A stretch of 64,000 nucleotides of DNA from Amoebophrya sp. A120 (lineage: Eukaryota; Protista; Dinoflagellata): contig CAJINV010000006.1 of NCBI GenBank assembly GCA_905178155.1, forward strand, positions 750,398-814,397. The letters are read 5' to 3'. Below the pieces are notes generated by a model, which saw nothing but the letters and a program-made list of their open reading frames with translations, was not told the DNA's origin and did not search any database. Below, piece after piece: positions 1-13,800 of this stretch. How positions within the stretch are numbered: position 1 is the first letter of the stretch; each line of letters begins with the position of its first letter. A program made the position numbers and the translations under genes.

Positions 1-10
1 TCAACATCCT

Positions 11-3000
11 GTGATGCAACAGCAGCAACAACAGCAGCAGCAGCAGAAACAGCAGTCTAATACTGTCCCCCCAGCAGCCGTGGGAGTTGCCATTCCTGGC
101 GTCGGAACAACAACTACGATGCGACATCCACCCCCACCACCACCCGCACCGCCAGTACTTGTGCCAACTCTTTTGGCAACGGAAAGCCATGATGGAAAAA
201 ATGTGGCACAGCAGCAACAGCAGAATGTGTTCCAGCAGCAACCACCTTCCGTCCAGCCCTGCAACCACCACAATTGGGCAGATTCGAAAACACCTGTCAG
301 TGGTGCTACGACTAGCTGCGAACACTCTCAATCGAAACCAACGCCACTAAATTCCCAGGCGTCCTGTTCCTCCTCCGATAACCACTCTGTCAAGTCAGAC
401 CGATATTCCAGGCGCGCGATGGAGCGGCAGGCTCGTGCAGCAGAGAGAATTGCCTCGGGAAAAAATAAACTTCCTGACCCTCTGCCGGTCGGGCAGCTAC
501 CGAGGGAAGTACAGAGCCAGAGGACTGCTCCTTCTATGGTGAGTGTTCCCGAGGTGACTGTCGCGAGCACTGGTCGTGGGACCGCAACCTCTGCACCTGC
601 AGGAAATATTAAAAATACATCCGAGGCACCCGCTCCCACGACAGAAAATAACTCTTCTGGGTTTACCGGCCCGATGTGGTTTCGCAAAGACGCAATTCCA
701 CTCCCGGATAAGGGCGTCGCGAGTGCAGAGCCTGTCTCGAAAGGCTTCGCACAGCACGTCCAAGGCAAGCGTTGCCCCCGGATCTGCAAGTACATGCACA
801 AACCGGGCGGGCCGTCGTGTAAGGACGGAAAAGATTGCGACTTCTGCCACCTCTGCCCCCGACCGGGGAGAACGGAAAGTGGGAAGCTCGAGACCTGGGG
901 GTCTGACCAGCCAGTGAGGCGGAATGCGGACGGGAGTTCCCGGTGGAAAGGGTACTATATGCATTGCAAATATGTCTGGGCCTGGAAGAGTGTAACTTGT
1001 CATGCTACATCTGGATCGTGGAAAAATCTGTGTTGCATGATTACCGAAAGAGATCCACTTTTGAACAAGTTTAGAGGCAGTTTCTCATGCAGGAAGGGCA
1101 TGATAGAGATCTCACAGAACCTGTCATGCTAGGCCGTGCATGGCAGACCGCGTGTGTCATGGAAAACCTGCATGACAAACCTACCAATCTTCCAGACCCA
1201 GACATTTTTGCATTTGATATACTACGAATCGAAGCAGTATGGAAAGATGGACGAGAATGTTGTAGCGCCGGAGGCGCAGCATCAGCAAGCTTCAGTGCCA
1301 AGGGCGCCGGGACCATCTACTTCCTGGGAGATGATGCGGCACAACGACGCTAGGGCCAGGCAAGCGAAGCAAGCTGGTCGAAGTACTTCTTCTAGAACTA
1401 TGGGGCCACAGCTTAGCAACAGCAGTGCGGCTTCTTCTTCAACGGCGTCGAGCTCCGCAGCACGGTATCATCATCCAGGAACATCACGAAGGGGCAGTAC
1501 AATTTCTACGGCAGCCTCTTCCAACGCAGGATCATCTTCCCGCGCGCCGTCTAGTTGTACAACAACTCGAAAGGCCGCCCGCTCTAGATCCAGATCGTCA
1601 TCTCGTGATGAAAATAGGAACAAGAAGATGAACATCAAGCGCAACAACGAGATGAAGGGTCGTCAACAGCGCTCGGTCTCTCCCAAGATGAGCAGAAATG
1701 AACATCAACAACGACAGCCGGTGAAGGACGTTGTTGAACCAACAGCAGCCGCCAGTTCCGCCGCGGCCTCAAGTGCGGCCTCAAGTGCGAGTGTGATCGC
1801 GGAATACGACCGAAATCACGTCCCGACGAAGCGTCTTCTATCTGACAGGATTAACGCCTTGTGCCTAGACAGGCCGAGGTACGAGAAAAGTAAAGAGGCG
1901 GATAGTATATTCGGGCAGAGGTGTAAACCTAAAGAGGCAGGCAGCCGTTCTTCGTCCAGCAGTTCCTCTTCGGGGTTAGAAACGGACACGGAGGACGAAA
2001 GTTCTTGTGACGGTAAAGTGGACGACGTCCAGGAGGCTGTAGTTCAAGATGCGAAAGCGCATGAAATGGAACAGGGAGCAGGTCGTGCAGAGGAAATTAA
2101 AGCCCCGACGGCGCCCTCACAGGTGGAAACAACTTCTACAATTCCCACAAGAACTTTAGACGCGGAAACAAGTAAAGACCAGAAGAAACAGGCGTTGTTG
2201 GAGAAGTTCAACAAGCAGTATCCTCCGCCACAATCACAAAGCCAAAAGGACCGCGTGCCAACCCCCTGGGAGCTTGTCGCAGGAAGAAGAAATCTTCGTA
2301 GGGGTGGGAAAGGTACGGATTGCAAAAATGTCTGCGTCTGGAATAGAACAAACTTGTGATGCGTATTTCAGAACACAGAAAAATCTCTCATGCATAGGTA
2401 GCAAAAGCTGCCCACTTTTTCTCACCAAAATGGGGGATTTGTCATGCCGATTCGGCATTGCGGAAGCTTCTCGAAACTTGTAATGCTAGAGCTTCCATGC
2501 CAGACTTTCTGCGTCATGCAAAAACAGCATGGCTCCTCTGGACCCAGACATTTTTGCATTTGATAAAAGGGAATTCTCAGCGTCACCACTACAATACCGA
2601 CCACTGCTCTCCGCTCGTCTTCGCGATGAATTTGGAGCCCAGTGTATCCTGAGTAAAAACGTACCCACACCAGAGTCAGGATGGGGATTTTGCAACACAA
2701 ACCTAGGAGTTTTGTGAGTCACGCATGACAAGTTGCACTCTGCAGTGTAGTGCAGATAGCAAGTGCAGCCGCATCACAGATTCATCTGCTCAGCCTGTTC
2801 ACAGCATCACAAATTCCAAAACACGACTGAAAATGGCTCTCATGGGGATGCGCATTACAAGTCTTCCTGTCTTGGCAAATCTGCATTACAACTCTGGTGT
2901 GGGTACGTTTTTACTCAGGATACAGTGCGCCGGCGAAGAAGCGATCTTCTTCGGGAGGACTTTTCAGCGAGGATGATAGTTCTTCGGACCCATCCTCCTC

Positions 3001-6000
3001 AGATTCTGAAGAAGAGGAACACGACGAACAAGCTGGAGTAGATCATCTCGTCCGGGAGCAAAATCGATATGTCCCTTGGACAACAACGACAGGCAACCAC
3101 CTCGCCACCGTCCCCGAGGAGAGCTGTCATAATTCCGAAGAAGCTATGAAATGCAAAAGTGTCTGGGTCTGGAAGAATGCAGCTTGTGATGCTGCATTTG
3201 GATTCCAAAAAAATCTGTATTGCATGAGCAGCATCAAAGGGAACGCATTTTTTGCTACGCGGTAGTAGGGGCATTTGTCATGCGGAATAGGCATCAAGAA
3301 GCCCTCAAAAACTCTGTGATGCTAGGGCATGCATCACAGATCGATCATGGCTCATGCAAAACGTGCATGACAAGTCTCGGAATCTTCCAGACCCAGACAT
3401 GTTTGCAATCCATAGAGGCATCACCAGAAAAACCGCTGTGCACCTACTGCCCCACGCCGGAAGACTTTGACGATGAATTTTGGCGTCGTCCCAACATGTT
3501 TGGTTGTATGTGCCCGCCAGGAGCTACCGAGATTCCAGACCACATTACTTCCCTACGTGAAAGGCTTAACGATCCTTTCTTCGGCGCTTGTGATGTTGAT
3601 ATCGGGTGGAGAGATCATTTTCCATCCTCTTCGTCCGCATCCGCTACAAGTGCTGCTGGCGGTCCGCTGCAAGGGACCACGACATCGAACAGCTCCTGCC
3701 ACCACAACGTCGCGGGTGGTGCTCCTGCAGCAGACCCAACCATCCCAGACTCCGTCCTGCACAACGAAAGGCTCGTTTTGAAAAAATGCACCAATTTCGT
3801 CGGGATAGACCAGGATCCTGTTGAGTCTTTTACCCACACGCCGGAATTCCAGGAAGATAATTCGCAGGATGAAAATATTATTCTCCAATCACAACTCTCG
3901 CAACTCCGATCGCCTGGGGGATCAGACGAAGACCCCCACGATTTCGACATCGAACGCCGCATTATGGAAGCTGCTTGTCGGGACGCCATGAAAGAATACA
4001 ATGTACGGAACGCTTACCAGGATCAACACGAAACTCTGCAAAATAGTAGACACGGCGAACTGATCGAGGAAAGATGCGTCGAGAAGGTGCGGGCGGAGCG
4101 GCGGAAGTTACAAATTGCGCTCATGGAATGCGAAATGCAGAAACAAGCAGAATTTTCGAAGATGCAAAGGAACAAAGAACAGCTGCAGGCCGGGGGTACG
4201 AGTAGTGGTGAAAAGATTTCACCCAGAGTAGTAGGGGACGCGATACCAGCAACGCCCGACAACGGTTCTATTCCCCGGACGCCGGAGGAGCAGCCATATT
4301 TTTATCATGCTGATGTAGAAGTTCCTAATCAGCAGGCTGTGCTGCAGAAGCTCATGAGGAGCGGTGGTGTTGTTTCATCGGCTTCGCCAGAAGTAGTTGC
4401 GCCAGAGAACAACAAGATGAACAAGAATACCAAGACACTGGACCACGAGAAAGAACGGGTTTCTTTGGGATCATCGGGCAACGGAAGCAGCTCTTCTTCG
4501 GGTACTAGTCTAGCTGCGCGTGCCCGAGCAATTCTCGGGACGGCGAGTCCGATTGTGCTGTCAGACAACAGCAGGCCATCAGATGATAATTCCTCGGATC
4601 TAGAATCCGAGAGGACGGTGATCATCGCAGATCCAAGCTCCGGCTCCGCAACGGGGTCCGATGAGGCGGAAGTGGACAACATTGGGAACCTTGAAAGCGA
4701 AAAGTCAGCAGGAGTTATATCTTCTGAGGATATTAAACCTGCTGCTCTGCCAGCCCACTTGCCCGTTCCCCGCGTCGCTGCACGACACGGGACGACGCGT
4801 GATGATCCGACCGAAATGGAGGTCGTAACGAACGCCAGTGGAACCACCAGGCTCGTGAAGAAGGGTGAGGATCATAACAAGACGAGCCCCGGGGGTCATC
4901 TTGGGACGAAAAAAGCTTTTTTACCAAAAGGCATCCAGCTATCAAATGTAAAAATGTCTGGGTCTGGAAGATTGCAACTTGTGATGCTAACTTTGGACTC
5001 TAAAAAGATCTGTATTGCATGACCAGCAAGAGGAGCCACATTTGTGCTACGCGAGGAGGGCATTTGTCATGCGGAAATGGCATCAGGAAGCTTTCCAAAA
5101 ATCTGTGATGCTGGGTCATGCATTACAAGCACCATGGGTCATGCCAGACAAGCATGACAAGCCTTCCATTCTTCCAGACCCAGACATTTTTACATTTGAT
5201 ACCAGCTCAGTTTAAGCGACTGTCTGGAGCGTGAAGTCCGAGCGAAGGAGGAGGTTCTTTCTGAACAAAGCGGTGCCAAGAAATCTACCGGGCCAACATC
5301 TTTATTAACTCCGATGGAGATAGCGAAGAGAGTGGTGCAAGGGTACGGCAAACCTCCTGGAACTTTCACTGAGCACGATGCGTGGAAGGCTGCGAAAAAA
5401 GTGCGACCGGGGTTGGAGTATGAGGAGTTCTGCAAGGAGTATTACGACAATAAAGCTATCAAATGCAAACATGTCTGTGTCTGGAAACTTGTAATGCTGA
5501 GTTGTGAATAGTGAGTGCTCTGTAATGCACAGCCAAGCATGAGACTTATTTGCGGGGGTATAGTGTTGCGCTTTCCGCATGACAAACTGCGTTTTTGCAT
5601 GACAAGCAAAAGCGTCTCTTCTTGGACACGCATCGCAGACTTTTCAGTCATGCCAGACAGGCATGCTAAACCTTTCATCCTTCCAGACCCAGACATATTT
5701 GCATTTGATAAAAGCCAGCCAAGAACCTCCTGCTGTAGTGCAGTCGATCGAATTTGAAGAACTTCTACCTGATCCGCAAAACGGCCAGCACAGAAGTACT
5801 ACACCAGGACAAAAAAATCTTCGCACCAAAACTACGGAGGTATGGGACAACGCGGTGGGTGGAAGGCATGTGACACCGCAGTGGGGCACCAAAACTATAC
5901 GCCGTGGAGGTACTATGGGACAGCGCGGAAAGAAGGACCAACTTGTGCTAGGCAGCACTCCAATGACGCAGGATGGATCGTCGTGTTATGCACGCCCTAC

Positions 6001-7117
6001 TTTCTGCGCGTCCGCCCCGATGCCTCGCGACACTAGATCCCACATTGCCGTGCTGTTTCCCCAGGTGGAACACAACTACGACTACCCGGGTGAAAATAAA
6101 GCAGCCGCCCCTGTCGTGTACGAACCGGTCGAGCGGCCGACAGGACAGCATCAAGCTGTTCAAGAACCAAGTTGTAGTTCCCGAAGACCGGCGGTAGAAG
6201 AAGGTCCCGGCAGTCAAACCGTCCTGTATCAAGCCCCCTGCGCGGGAACCGTACCCTACTTCACGCAGGAGCAGAAGAAGCAGACGCTTTGTGCGGCCAG
6301 TGGAACTGAAGACCCTTCTGCCAGCACTAGCTACAACCGGCAAGAACAACCGGATGAACACGACTTTTGGTCTACTCCGGAAGATTTTCTCCGCGCGGCG
6401 ACCCCGGGTACAGCTACCTTCGCGCCGTCTTCGTCCTCTCACCTTCTTCAAAGTCGCGCCTCCTCTTCGACGGGGTCCACACCGCTGCCACGACCCGACA
6501 GCTACGTCAGCGCCAGCGCCGCAACTGCTGCGATGACCTCAGCAGCCACGGCTGCTGCTGCGGTAGCTGCCGGAGGTAGCAGCAGTACTGCTGCTGCTGC
6601 TCCAGCTCCTACCCTTGACGCCTTTTCTACTCCACCAGTCGCAGACCGCGTGAAGCCGAAGCGCCTGGGCCAGCAACAGCGGAAAGCCGCAAATAAAAGA
6701 AGAAGTGCCTCCGCTGGAGCAAAATTTTCGACTTCCGTGAGCCAGCGGAGAACGTCGCTAAGAACCGACCGCCTGCCGACCGGGCTGCAACCACGGGACC
6801 AAGAACGCAGAGGGAATAGTACTCGAGTGAAACAGCAGGAACAGCCTACGCAGCATGTGAAACTGACAGGACCAATGTTTTTCTCTCATCCGCCGAGCAG
6901 CACTGCTCCGACCGATACAACGTCTGAAGCTGGTGGTGTTTCGGACGCAAGCTTGACCGGTAACAACATGGCGTCGTCCTCAAATAGCTTGGGGAGCAGT
7001 CGAAAAGAGCGCACGCGGCGCGGCAGGAAGAACAGTACGTCTTTGCGAAGAGAAGGCGACGATTCCGACATGCCGACGGCCGTGTTTGTGGATTTGGGAA
7101 TCCTCGCGAGAAAATAA
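11..7117 (+). CDS. Gene 1: large low-complexity protein (at least ~1830 aa) with polyQ and one C3H-like Cys/His module; split by six introners; may start upstream of the window
   Basis: Exons 11-957, 1225-2313, 2571-2644, 2928-3144, 3420-4939, 5207-5456 and 5716-7117 join into one open frame (5499 nt) when each element plus one TSD is removed (junctions KGYYESK, GKGNSQ, EPSAPAK, EEASPEK, IQLSLSD, NKASQEP). Module SKGFAQH..RCPRICKY..CKDGKDCDFCHLC at ~728-860. Confidence 0.85.
17..55 (+). repeat. CAG/CAA polyglutamine tract
   Basis: caacagcagcaacaacagcagcagcagcag run encoding Q10KQQ. Confidence 0.9.
958..1219. mobile_element. Introner/MITE family A
   Basis: TIR TATGCATTGCAAATATGTCTGGGCCTGGAAGA ... 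TCTTCCAGACCCAGACATTTTTGCATTTGATA; TSD TACTA/TACTA; removal restores frame. Confidence 0.93.
2314..2565. mobile_element. Introner/MITE family A
   Basis: Family A TIRs; TSD AAAGG/AAAGG; can also be drawn as GT-AG intron 2313-2569. Confidence 0.92.
2645..2922. mobile_element. Introner/MITE family B
   Basis: Perfect ~32-bp TIR TATCCTGAGTAAAAACGTACCCACACCAGAGT; TSD CAGTG/CAGTG; frame restored. Confidence 0.93.
3145..3414. mobile_element. Introner/MITE family A
   Basis: Family A TIRs; TSD GAAGC/GAGGC; frame restored. Confidence 0.92.
4940..5201. mobile_element. Introner/MITE family A
   Basis: TIR TATCAAATGTAAAAATGTCTGGGTCTGGAAGA; TSD CCAGC/CCAGC; frame restored. Confidence 0.93.
5457..5710. mobile_element. 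Introner/MITE family A (subfamily shared with 19046-19301, opposite orientation)
   Basis: Family A TIRs; TSD AAAGC/AAAGC; frame restored. Confidence 0.92.
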
Positions 7118-8419
7118 GGGCGTGGTTAATAATGCCAGTGGTGGAAAAATCTGCAGAATATACTTGATTGGAATAAACCGCCAGAGAATCTCTTGTTTGA
7201 CATAGAATCCATTTACTATACCATATGATGACTTTCTGTGTCTGTGATCGCCATCAGCCTTGTGATTGCGGCGCGACACACCTTACGTCTTCCTTCAATA
7301 GCATTACAGTATGGCAAATACATTACATCTACACAACAAGTACATACTCGTCAAGATGGACACTACTTCCGGGTTCAATATTTACAGTATACGTTATTTG
7401 TTCCATGTTGTAACGGACGCTACCTTGTTTTCTATCACTTCCACAATAATATTATCGCAGCATTTTTCAACATGAACATACCAATTGCATACTTTGACCT
7501 TTTGCTTTATTTCCACATGATAATATTTTGCTCTTTCGTCCCATCAAACATGCCAGGAAAGAACCTCTAATGAGGATCTTGCTGTAGCCAGGTTTTCTGA
7601 AAGAAGTTAGAAAGTGCCTGTAATCCGATCGGAGCTACTTACTACATAATCCTTGCATGCCCTGTATGCAATTCGAACGATACTGTCAATAAGACTGCGC
7701 TGCAAGAAGAGCTTTGTTTTTTTAGAAAGTTGATGACCATAATTGGTGAAGTCAAAAAATCGACATAAATACTTCACTTGGACAACCAAGTTGTGAGCGA
7801 ATTGGCCCAATCGCTTTTTTTTTTACCGTGGGCGAGTGAAAATGAAAATGTTGCACTGTAGCAGCTCCAGCAAGCTCGATAGTATCTATAGTTGCGAAGG
7901 TCATTACCAAAAGCCAGAAAATGCAAGATTCGTTTCTGCCGCTAGTACAGCTGGCAGACGGTGTTCGAGTGTATGAGCTGGAAAGTTAGTAGCTACTCTA
8001 TGGAGATTTTCAATAGAGTCGAACGCCAGAGCGGTGTTTGAATTGATACGGATCTACTAGTACCTTGACGAAGACAATGAAGACATGATATCCGAGTTCT
8101 ACTTTATTCTGGTGATATTTTCGAGCCAGTATAATGAGGTACGGCGCAGTGCAAAGGATCTTTTACTAGAGGAAAAGAAAGAACGACGACCAGCAGTGCT
8201 CGATTTGTGAAAGATACCATACAGCGGACGATCTTGTGAATGGAGCCGATCGAGAAGGTTCTGCGACACGGGTCGCATTGGTTCTAGTTTATTACCAGGT
8301 GTTCGTCTCCAGAAGATCCACGTGTTCGTGGGGTGGAGAGCGAGAACAGTAGTTTTTTACGTTATATGTCTCGTTTTTGCTAATCCTTGGGCTTTATCAC
8401 TTTACAACGACAGAAATCA

Positions 8420-10150
8420 CAGGGCGCGCGCGCGTCTAGAAAGGCCGCGGCTTCGACTTCCGCCAGGTCGCCGCCTTGAGGCCGGCGGAAGCCCGGGCGT
8501 TTTTGCGGCGTCAAATGGCGCGCCCCCGCTTCGCCCTTGGCACAGCGCCGGGGGGGGCGGCGAGATCTCCAAGCGCGCGAGCGATGTCGGCGAGGAGACC
8601 GCCGGAGGAGGAGCGGCCCTGCACCAGTGAAGGCGCGTGGTGGCGTGGGAACAGGGCGCGAGCCCCTGCGGCGCCGTTGGCATGGGGCAGGCGTCATTCG
8701 CTCGGAGAGAGGAGCACGCGCGCGGCTGCGCTTGGTGAAGAGTTACGCGCCGCCGCGGACCACGGCGGGCAAGTATCGGCCGACCCCCGTGGGCCGCAAA
8801 ATCATGCCGGAGCGCCAGGCGCAAGCCACCGCAGCAGGCGGGCCGGTTTGCGCTGCGGTGGCTATCTGCGCCGCGGGGTGCCCGCGGTGTCGTAAGGCAA
8901 AAAGCCGGCGGCGGACCCTGTACCAGAGCCGACGCGGCGGGGGATGCCGAGGAGGCAGACCCACAGTCCGGGCCCGAGATTGAGGAGTGCCAGGCTGTGT
9001 TCGAAGTTGTTAATTACCTAGAGCGCGCCATGTCTAGTGCTCATCTGGAGACGCAGTCGCCTGTCTTGGGAGCTGTGCTGTCCCATTGGCGCCGCGCCTG
9101 CAGCCCCTGGCTGTGCCCGTCTGCGTGGGTGAATGCCGGGGGCCTAGCCGGAAGCCGATGGCGAGGCGATCCGGCGCCGTCTTTAGAAACGCCGCCACAG
9201 GCGTGCGCGACGCCGTTTGCTGGGGTTTTGTCTCTGACGTCCCGGGGGTGTCGACGTTTCCCCAGCTAGAAATACAGACGGACGACGAGCCACGCCGGCC
9301 AGCGGCCGGCGGCGCCGCATCTCCTCGCCCCGCCGCCAGCCGCTGTCTGGCCCAATCAGCTACGTGGCCCGCGTGCCGGCGTTGTGGCCATCGCCTCCGC
9401 GTGTCTGTGTGTTTGGCGAGGGGCCCCGGGGTGGGCCTGGGCCGCGCATTTTAGCCGCACTACCCACCAGGCGGCCCCCCTCGGGTGGGGGCGGGGGTAG
9501 GCGAAAACGCGCGTGGCCCCTTATTGGCCGGCGCGCAGCCTGCTCCCCAGATTTAGCCCCAGTTTCTATACAAGACGGCCGCCTGTGCTTGCTCCTGGTG
9601 CGGGGCGCCGCTTGCGAAGAAGAAGGTAATAGACGGAACGCAGGCGCGCCGCCTCGGGTGGAGCTTCATCGCGCGGGCCCCGGTGGCCCGGTCCGGCTTG
9701 TTCTACGGCCACCGACCGGCGCGCCGTCTGCGGTCGGTTGACGCGCCCCCCCCGTGCGCCTGCCCGCTGGGGGCGGCCCGGGGCCGGGGCGCGCCCAAAC
9801 TAACACACTAGGGGCGCGGGCGTCTCCCTCCGCGGCTTGCGCCTCGGTTCGTGCCCACCCCAAAGCATATCCTTCTGGAGGGTGGGGGCATTGCAGGGCG
9901 CCCTGCGTGTGGTTCGCCGCACGGCCAGTGTCTAACTATCTTTGCTCGCTGCTGGCGCAGGTGTTGGACGGTAGACGCGCAGTGTAGTGGGCCCGCCGGC
10001 GATCGAATGCCACTGCGCCCTTGCTTGTGCGGAGCTACTGGCGGCGCGCCTGATTCCGCGCGCCGCCCCACCTGCATGCTAGCCTGGCTTCTCGTGCCGG
10101 CCCCTTCATCTCTCAGTTCATTGATTGGTGGCCCGGGGCCGGTTCCTTTG
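8420..10150. other. Very GC-rich intergenic island, possibly a decayed mobile element
   Basis: Abrupt compositional shift versus AT-richer flanks; only low-complexity R/G/A/P ORFs; no clear TIR or TSD found. Confidence 0.4.
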
Positions 10151-10863
10151 GTCCGTGTGCCTGCCAACAAAAAAATACGAACACATGCGGCAAGCCGGAG
10201 TACTTATGAGTTAGTGCAATAGCAACTGTGTTCAGATTATCGCTCACGCTACTCCACCGATCTCTCCCGAGGAAGGGCCACTTTGAAAGGATGCTCTCAT
10301 GGTTGCTGCCTCTCATGAAGATTGATTCTAAGTGGGTCAGTACTACTAGCTACTGCTCTTTCTTCAGGCTTTTAAAGAATGAAACGGAGAGAATGAGTGT
10401 TGCCATTATATGAGCACTTCGCTCTGAGACAAAACTACTACATTTTTATTACGTCGATGTGTATATTATCAATATCAAGATCAACATCAACGGCGCCTGC
10501 ATACGATCAATTTCGATAGCCCTGTTCTTGTATGAGGACCGTTTTATTTCGTCACCCACTGCATCGACAAGAATAACAAAACCGCTTTGCGGCTCTACTT
10601 AAAAAGCCGGCCAAGCTAGGAGAGCGACGTACTAGCTGCTCCTGCTTACCATTTTGCATTCTCCCGAAAGAAGTTAGTGCCCCGGACGGGCTTTTTTTTT
10701 TACTAGCGAACTTCACGTATCCAATTACAACCCACGAGGGAGCAAGAAATTAACCTCATTTTTTTTGAAAAGTGTCACGTTCTTGACACAGTTGTAAATA
10801 CTCTTTTTTTCAGCCAGATTTATCTATAAGCCTCAATTATCTGTCTAAACACCGAAACAAACC

Positions 10864-13800
10864 ATGTTTCCTCAAGCCATCAAATTCATACTGCTTCACG
10901 CAGGGGCGTTGCTTTGCGGCTTTTTTTCATCGCGAAATTTCTGTCAATACCTGTATTATTCTGGCACCGCCTGGCCCCCATGCGTGGCGCATGCCGTGGC
11001 GCTGAAGGGAAAACCAAAACCTCGGGGTGGCCGGCGCGCTTTTACGATCAAGCGAATTTTTCGCGAAGAATTGCCAACTACGCAGAAGGAGGACGAAAGT
11101 GCGTTTGTAGAGCGGCATCGACAGCTGCATGCAACAGCGGCACGACACGGCCACAGACACGCAGCAGCTGATGCACAATCTGGTACGGCAGCTTGTGGCA
11201 CCAGCACAACGGCGGGACAAAAAATTTATCCCGCTAGAAGAGCTGCTGTATTTTCGCCGGCTGTGCGACGTGAAGGAGAAGGGGGAGATTACGGAGAAAG
11301 AGCGACTTCTGCACGGCAAGTCCGAGAAGGAGATCACGCCTTTGTGCAGCCACAGCCAACTTTACCTCTAGCCGGTGGTGGTGCTTCGTCCAGTAGTACC
11401 GAGCCGTATCGACCACCGGTTCCTCCACAACAAGAGGGTCCTATTGTCTCTCCTGTACTTCCAACCAGGGTCACGCACGACGCAGCCTTCGGGCAGGAGG
11501 CCGGCGCGCAATTTCTACGCGCGCTACGGACTACGACGGCGGATGATCCGGAGCATATTGAACCGAGTGCGAGTAGTTCTCGCGCAGGACGACGACACCG
11601 TCGTACAGTACGTAACCAACGACGACTATATAATATTAACCAGCGACGCCTTGAAGGGACGGACGAAGACGTGTCGACACGACCAGGCGCAGAGGTCCCG
11701 ACACACGAAGGCGGAAAAACTTCTTCTGTGTTGAGAACAACTTCTACCGGCGCAACTACTACTGATGCCACCACGACGTCGACTTCAACGCGCCAATCGA
11801 GGAACTACACTGGAACTACTGCTTTGCCGAGGACCACCACTGGGAATTATAGCAGGACTGATTTATCATTATCATTATCTACTCCGCCGGCGACCACAAG
11901 TGCCCCACCAGGTGGGGATTCTGCTCAAGGAGAGTATTATTTTTCGCATTCCGCCGCACAGAAGCGAGGTGGTGGAGGTGGAGCTAATTATAGGGTGGGC
12001 CAACACGTCGGTGTTGATCGTGCTGCCCCAACATCGCGGGAGCAGCGCCTTGACAAAAGTGCAGACCGGGCAGGACCTCCAAGAGAACCAGCGCAACCGC
12101 AAGTGCAAGAGCCGCTTTCACCTACGAAAAAAGCTTCGCCCTATCAGCATCCCAATAGCGCGATGCGGAAAATGAAATTGGCTGCGGAAGAACAAGGGAC
12201 GAGAGGGGGCCACGCGTGGTCGCCGGGGAATACAGCTGCAGCTCGGGCGACTGCAGCTGTTGCTGCCACTCCTGCTGTGCCGAAGGCCACAGTAGAAACT
12301 GGCAGCCAGCAACATGGGAATATGAAACCAGAGGCGAAAACAAGAAGGCAAGCAGCTGATAATTGGACGAAAGGTCCGACGAGCTTTTCTTCGAATAAAG
12401 ATACGGCTGAAGATGATGGGCAGAATGCCACAGGCCATGGCAAAAGCCATTCCCATGCCGGAACAAGTAGAACGTCCGCCACAACGAGAGTGATCGCCAG
12501 TCGAGGTGCAAGCGCGGTGGTTGGAGGGCAGGACGAGGAGGACTCCCGGCTGCCGGAGCAGCAAATGTCTCTGAATATAGCTCGTTCAACATCAGGATCT
12601 GCATCTACTGCAGGAGCTTCTTCTTCCCACCGCCGACAAAAAGAAAAACAGCAACGTGGCCCCCGCGGCCCCGCCGAAGGTTCTTCACCGAAACAAGCTA
12701 AAGATAATGATATTCCTAATCATGACGACGACCCTCATATGCTGCAGAACCCCGGGAGCCTGACCCACCACACCCCGGGCCAGCGGTGCGGGCGAAGCTT
12801 TCTGTGTTGGAAGTACCCGAAGTGCAATCATGGGAGAGGGTGTCAAAAGTGTCATGTGTGCATGTTTGAGGAGATGGAATACCGGCAAAAAATGTTGAAG
12901 GAATGCGAGAAGCAGAGACGGGTGTTGCGCCGTTACGGGCACGTAGAGACTTTGATATTTCCCGCAGGACTACTTCCAGAGCGAGGTTCTGCAGCTGCAG
13001 GTGCTGCAGCCACCGGTGCCGCTGGTGGTGATCCAACGTCTTTTCAGCGCTGTTTGGAAGAGCTTCGGCAAACAGTACGACCTTCGGGGCCCCCGCCGAT
13101 ACTAAATAAAGGACTGAGTACTAGTCGAGGTCTTCGTTCTTGTCGTCCGCGAACCTCCGCCCGGGGAGACCTCCACGCGGATGAAATGAAAGCGGCAGGA
13201 GGAACAACTGATGCTGGATCAAGCGGCAGTACGTCGTGTTTGTCCGCTGGTTTGAGCGCGATTCCAGAAAAACGGGTCATTTCGATTGCTCCTGCCGGTG
13301 TGGGGTCTGTCTGTACAGCGGGGGCAACATCGTCTTCGTCCTCGAGTGGCTTTGTTCCTACTTGTCCATTGTACCACCAGACACAGACGACGCCTGTTCT
13401 GGCGGACGCTCCTGAAAATTCTTCGCCGAACGCTTGTTCAAGATCCGCACGAGCCTCCGAACCAGTAGTAGATCGATTTTCTTATCTGCGAGCGATAAGC
13501 AACCATTTATCCACCTTTCTGCAACATCAACAGCCACAAATGCCAGTATCGAAAACCATAGACGCCCTCGGCCTGGACGGCGAGCCGAACATGCAGCTGC
13601 GAAAACAGATGAAAGCAGATAAGTCCGATCCGTACTCCTTTGGGGGTAAGATGTGGCGTTTCGTGCGTCCAGATGGTGCTGGAAGTGGTAATGACGCTGC
13701 TGCAACTACACCAACGCCGACGGGTCGTACTGGTTCTCGTAGTTCTGGGTCCTCGGAGTTCTTGCAGCTGCAACAAGGATCATCACTACCTCCGCAACTA

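Noticed and set aside
958-1219. Tc1/mariner (Stowaway-type) MITE with a TA target duplication
   Set aside because: The TA belongs to the TIR; a separate variable 5-bp duplication lies outside it, and only the 5-bp model consistently restores frame.
8322-10222. Overlapping R/G/A/P-rich ORFs in the GC island (also 58707-59987 and 26819-27562)
   Set aside because: Expected from stop-codon scarcity at high GC; no recognisable domain.
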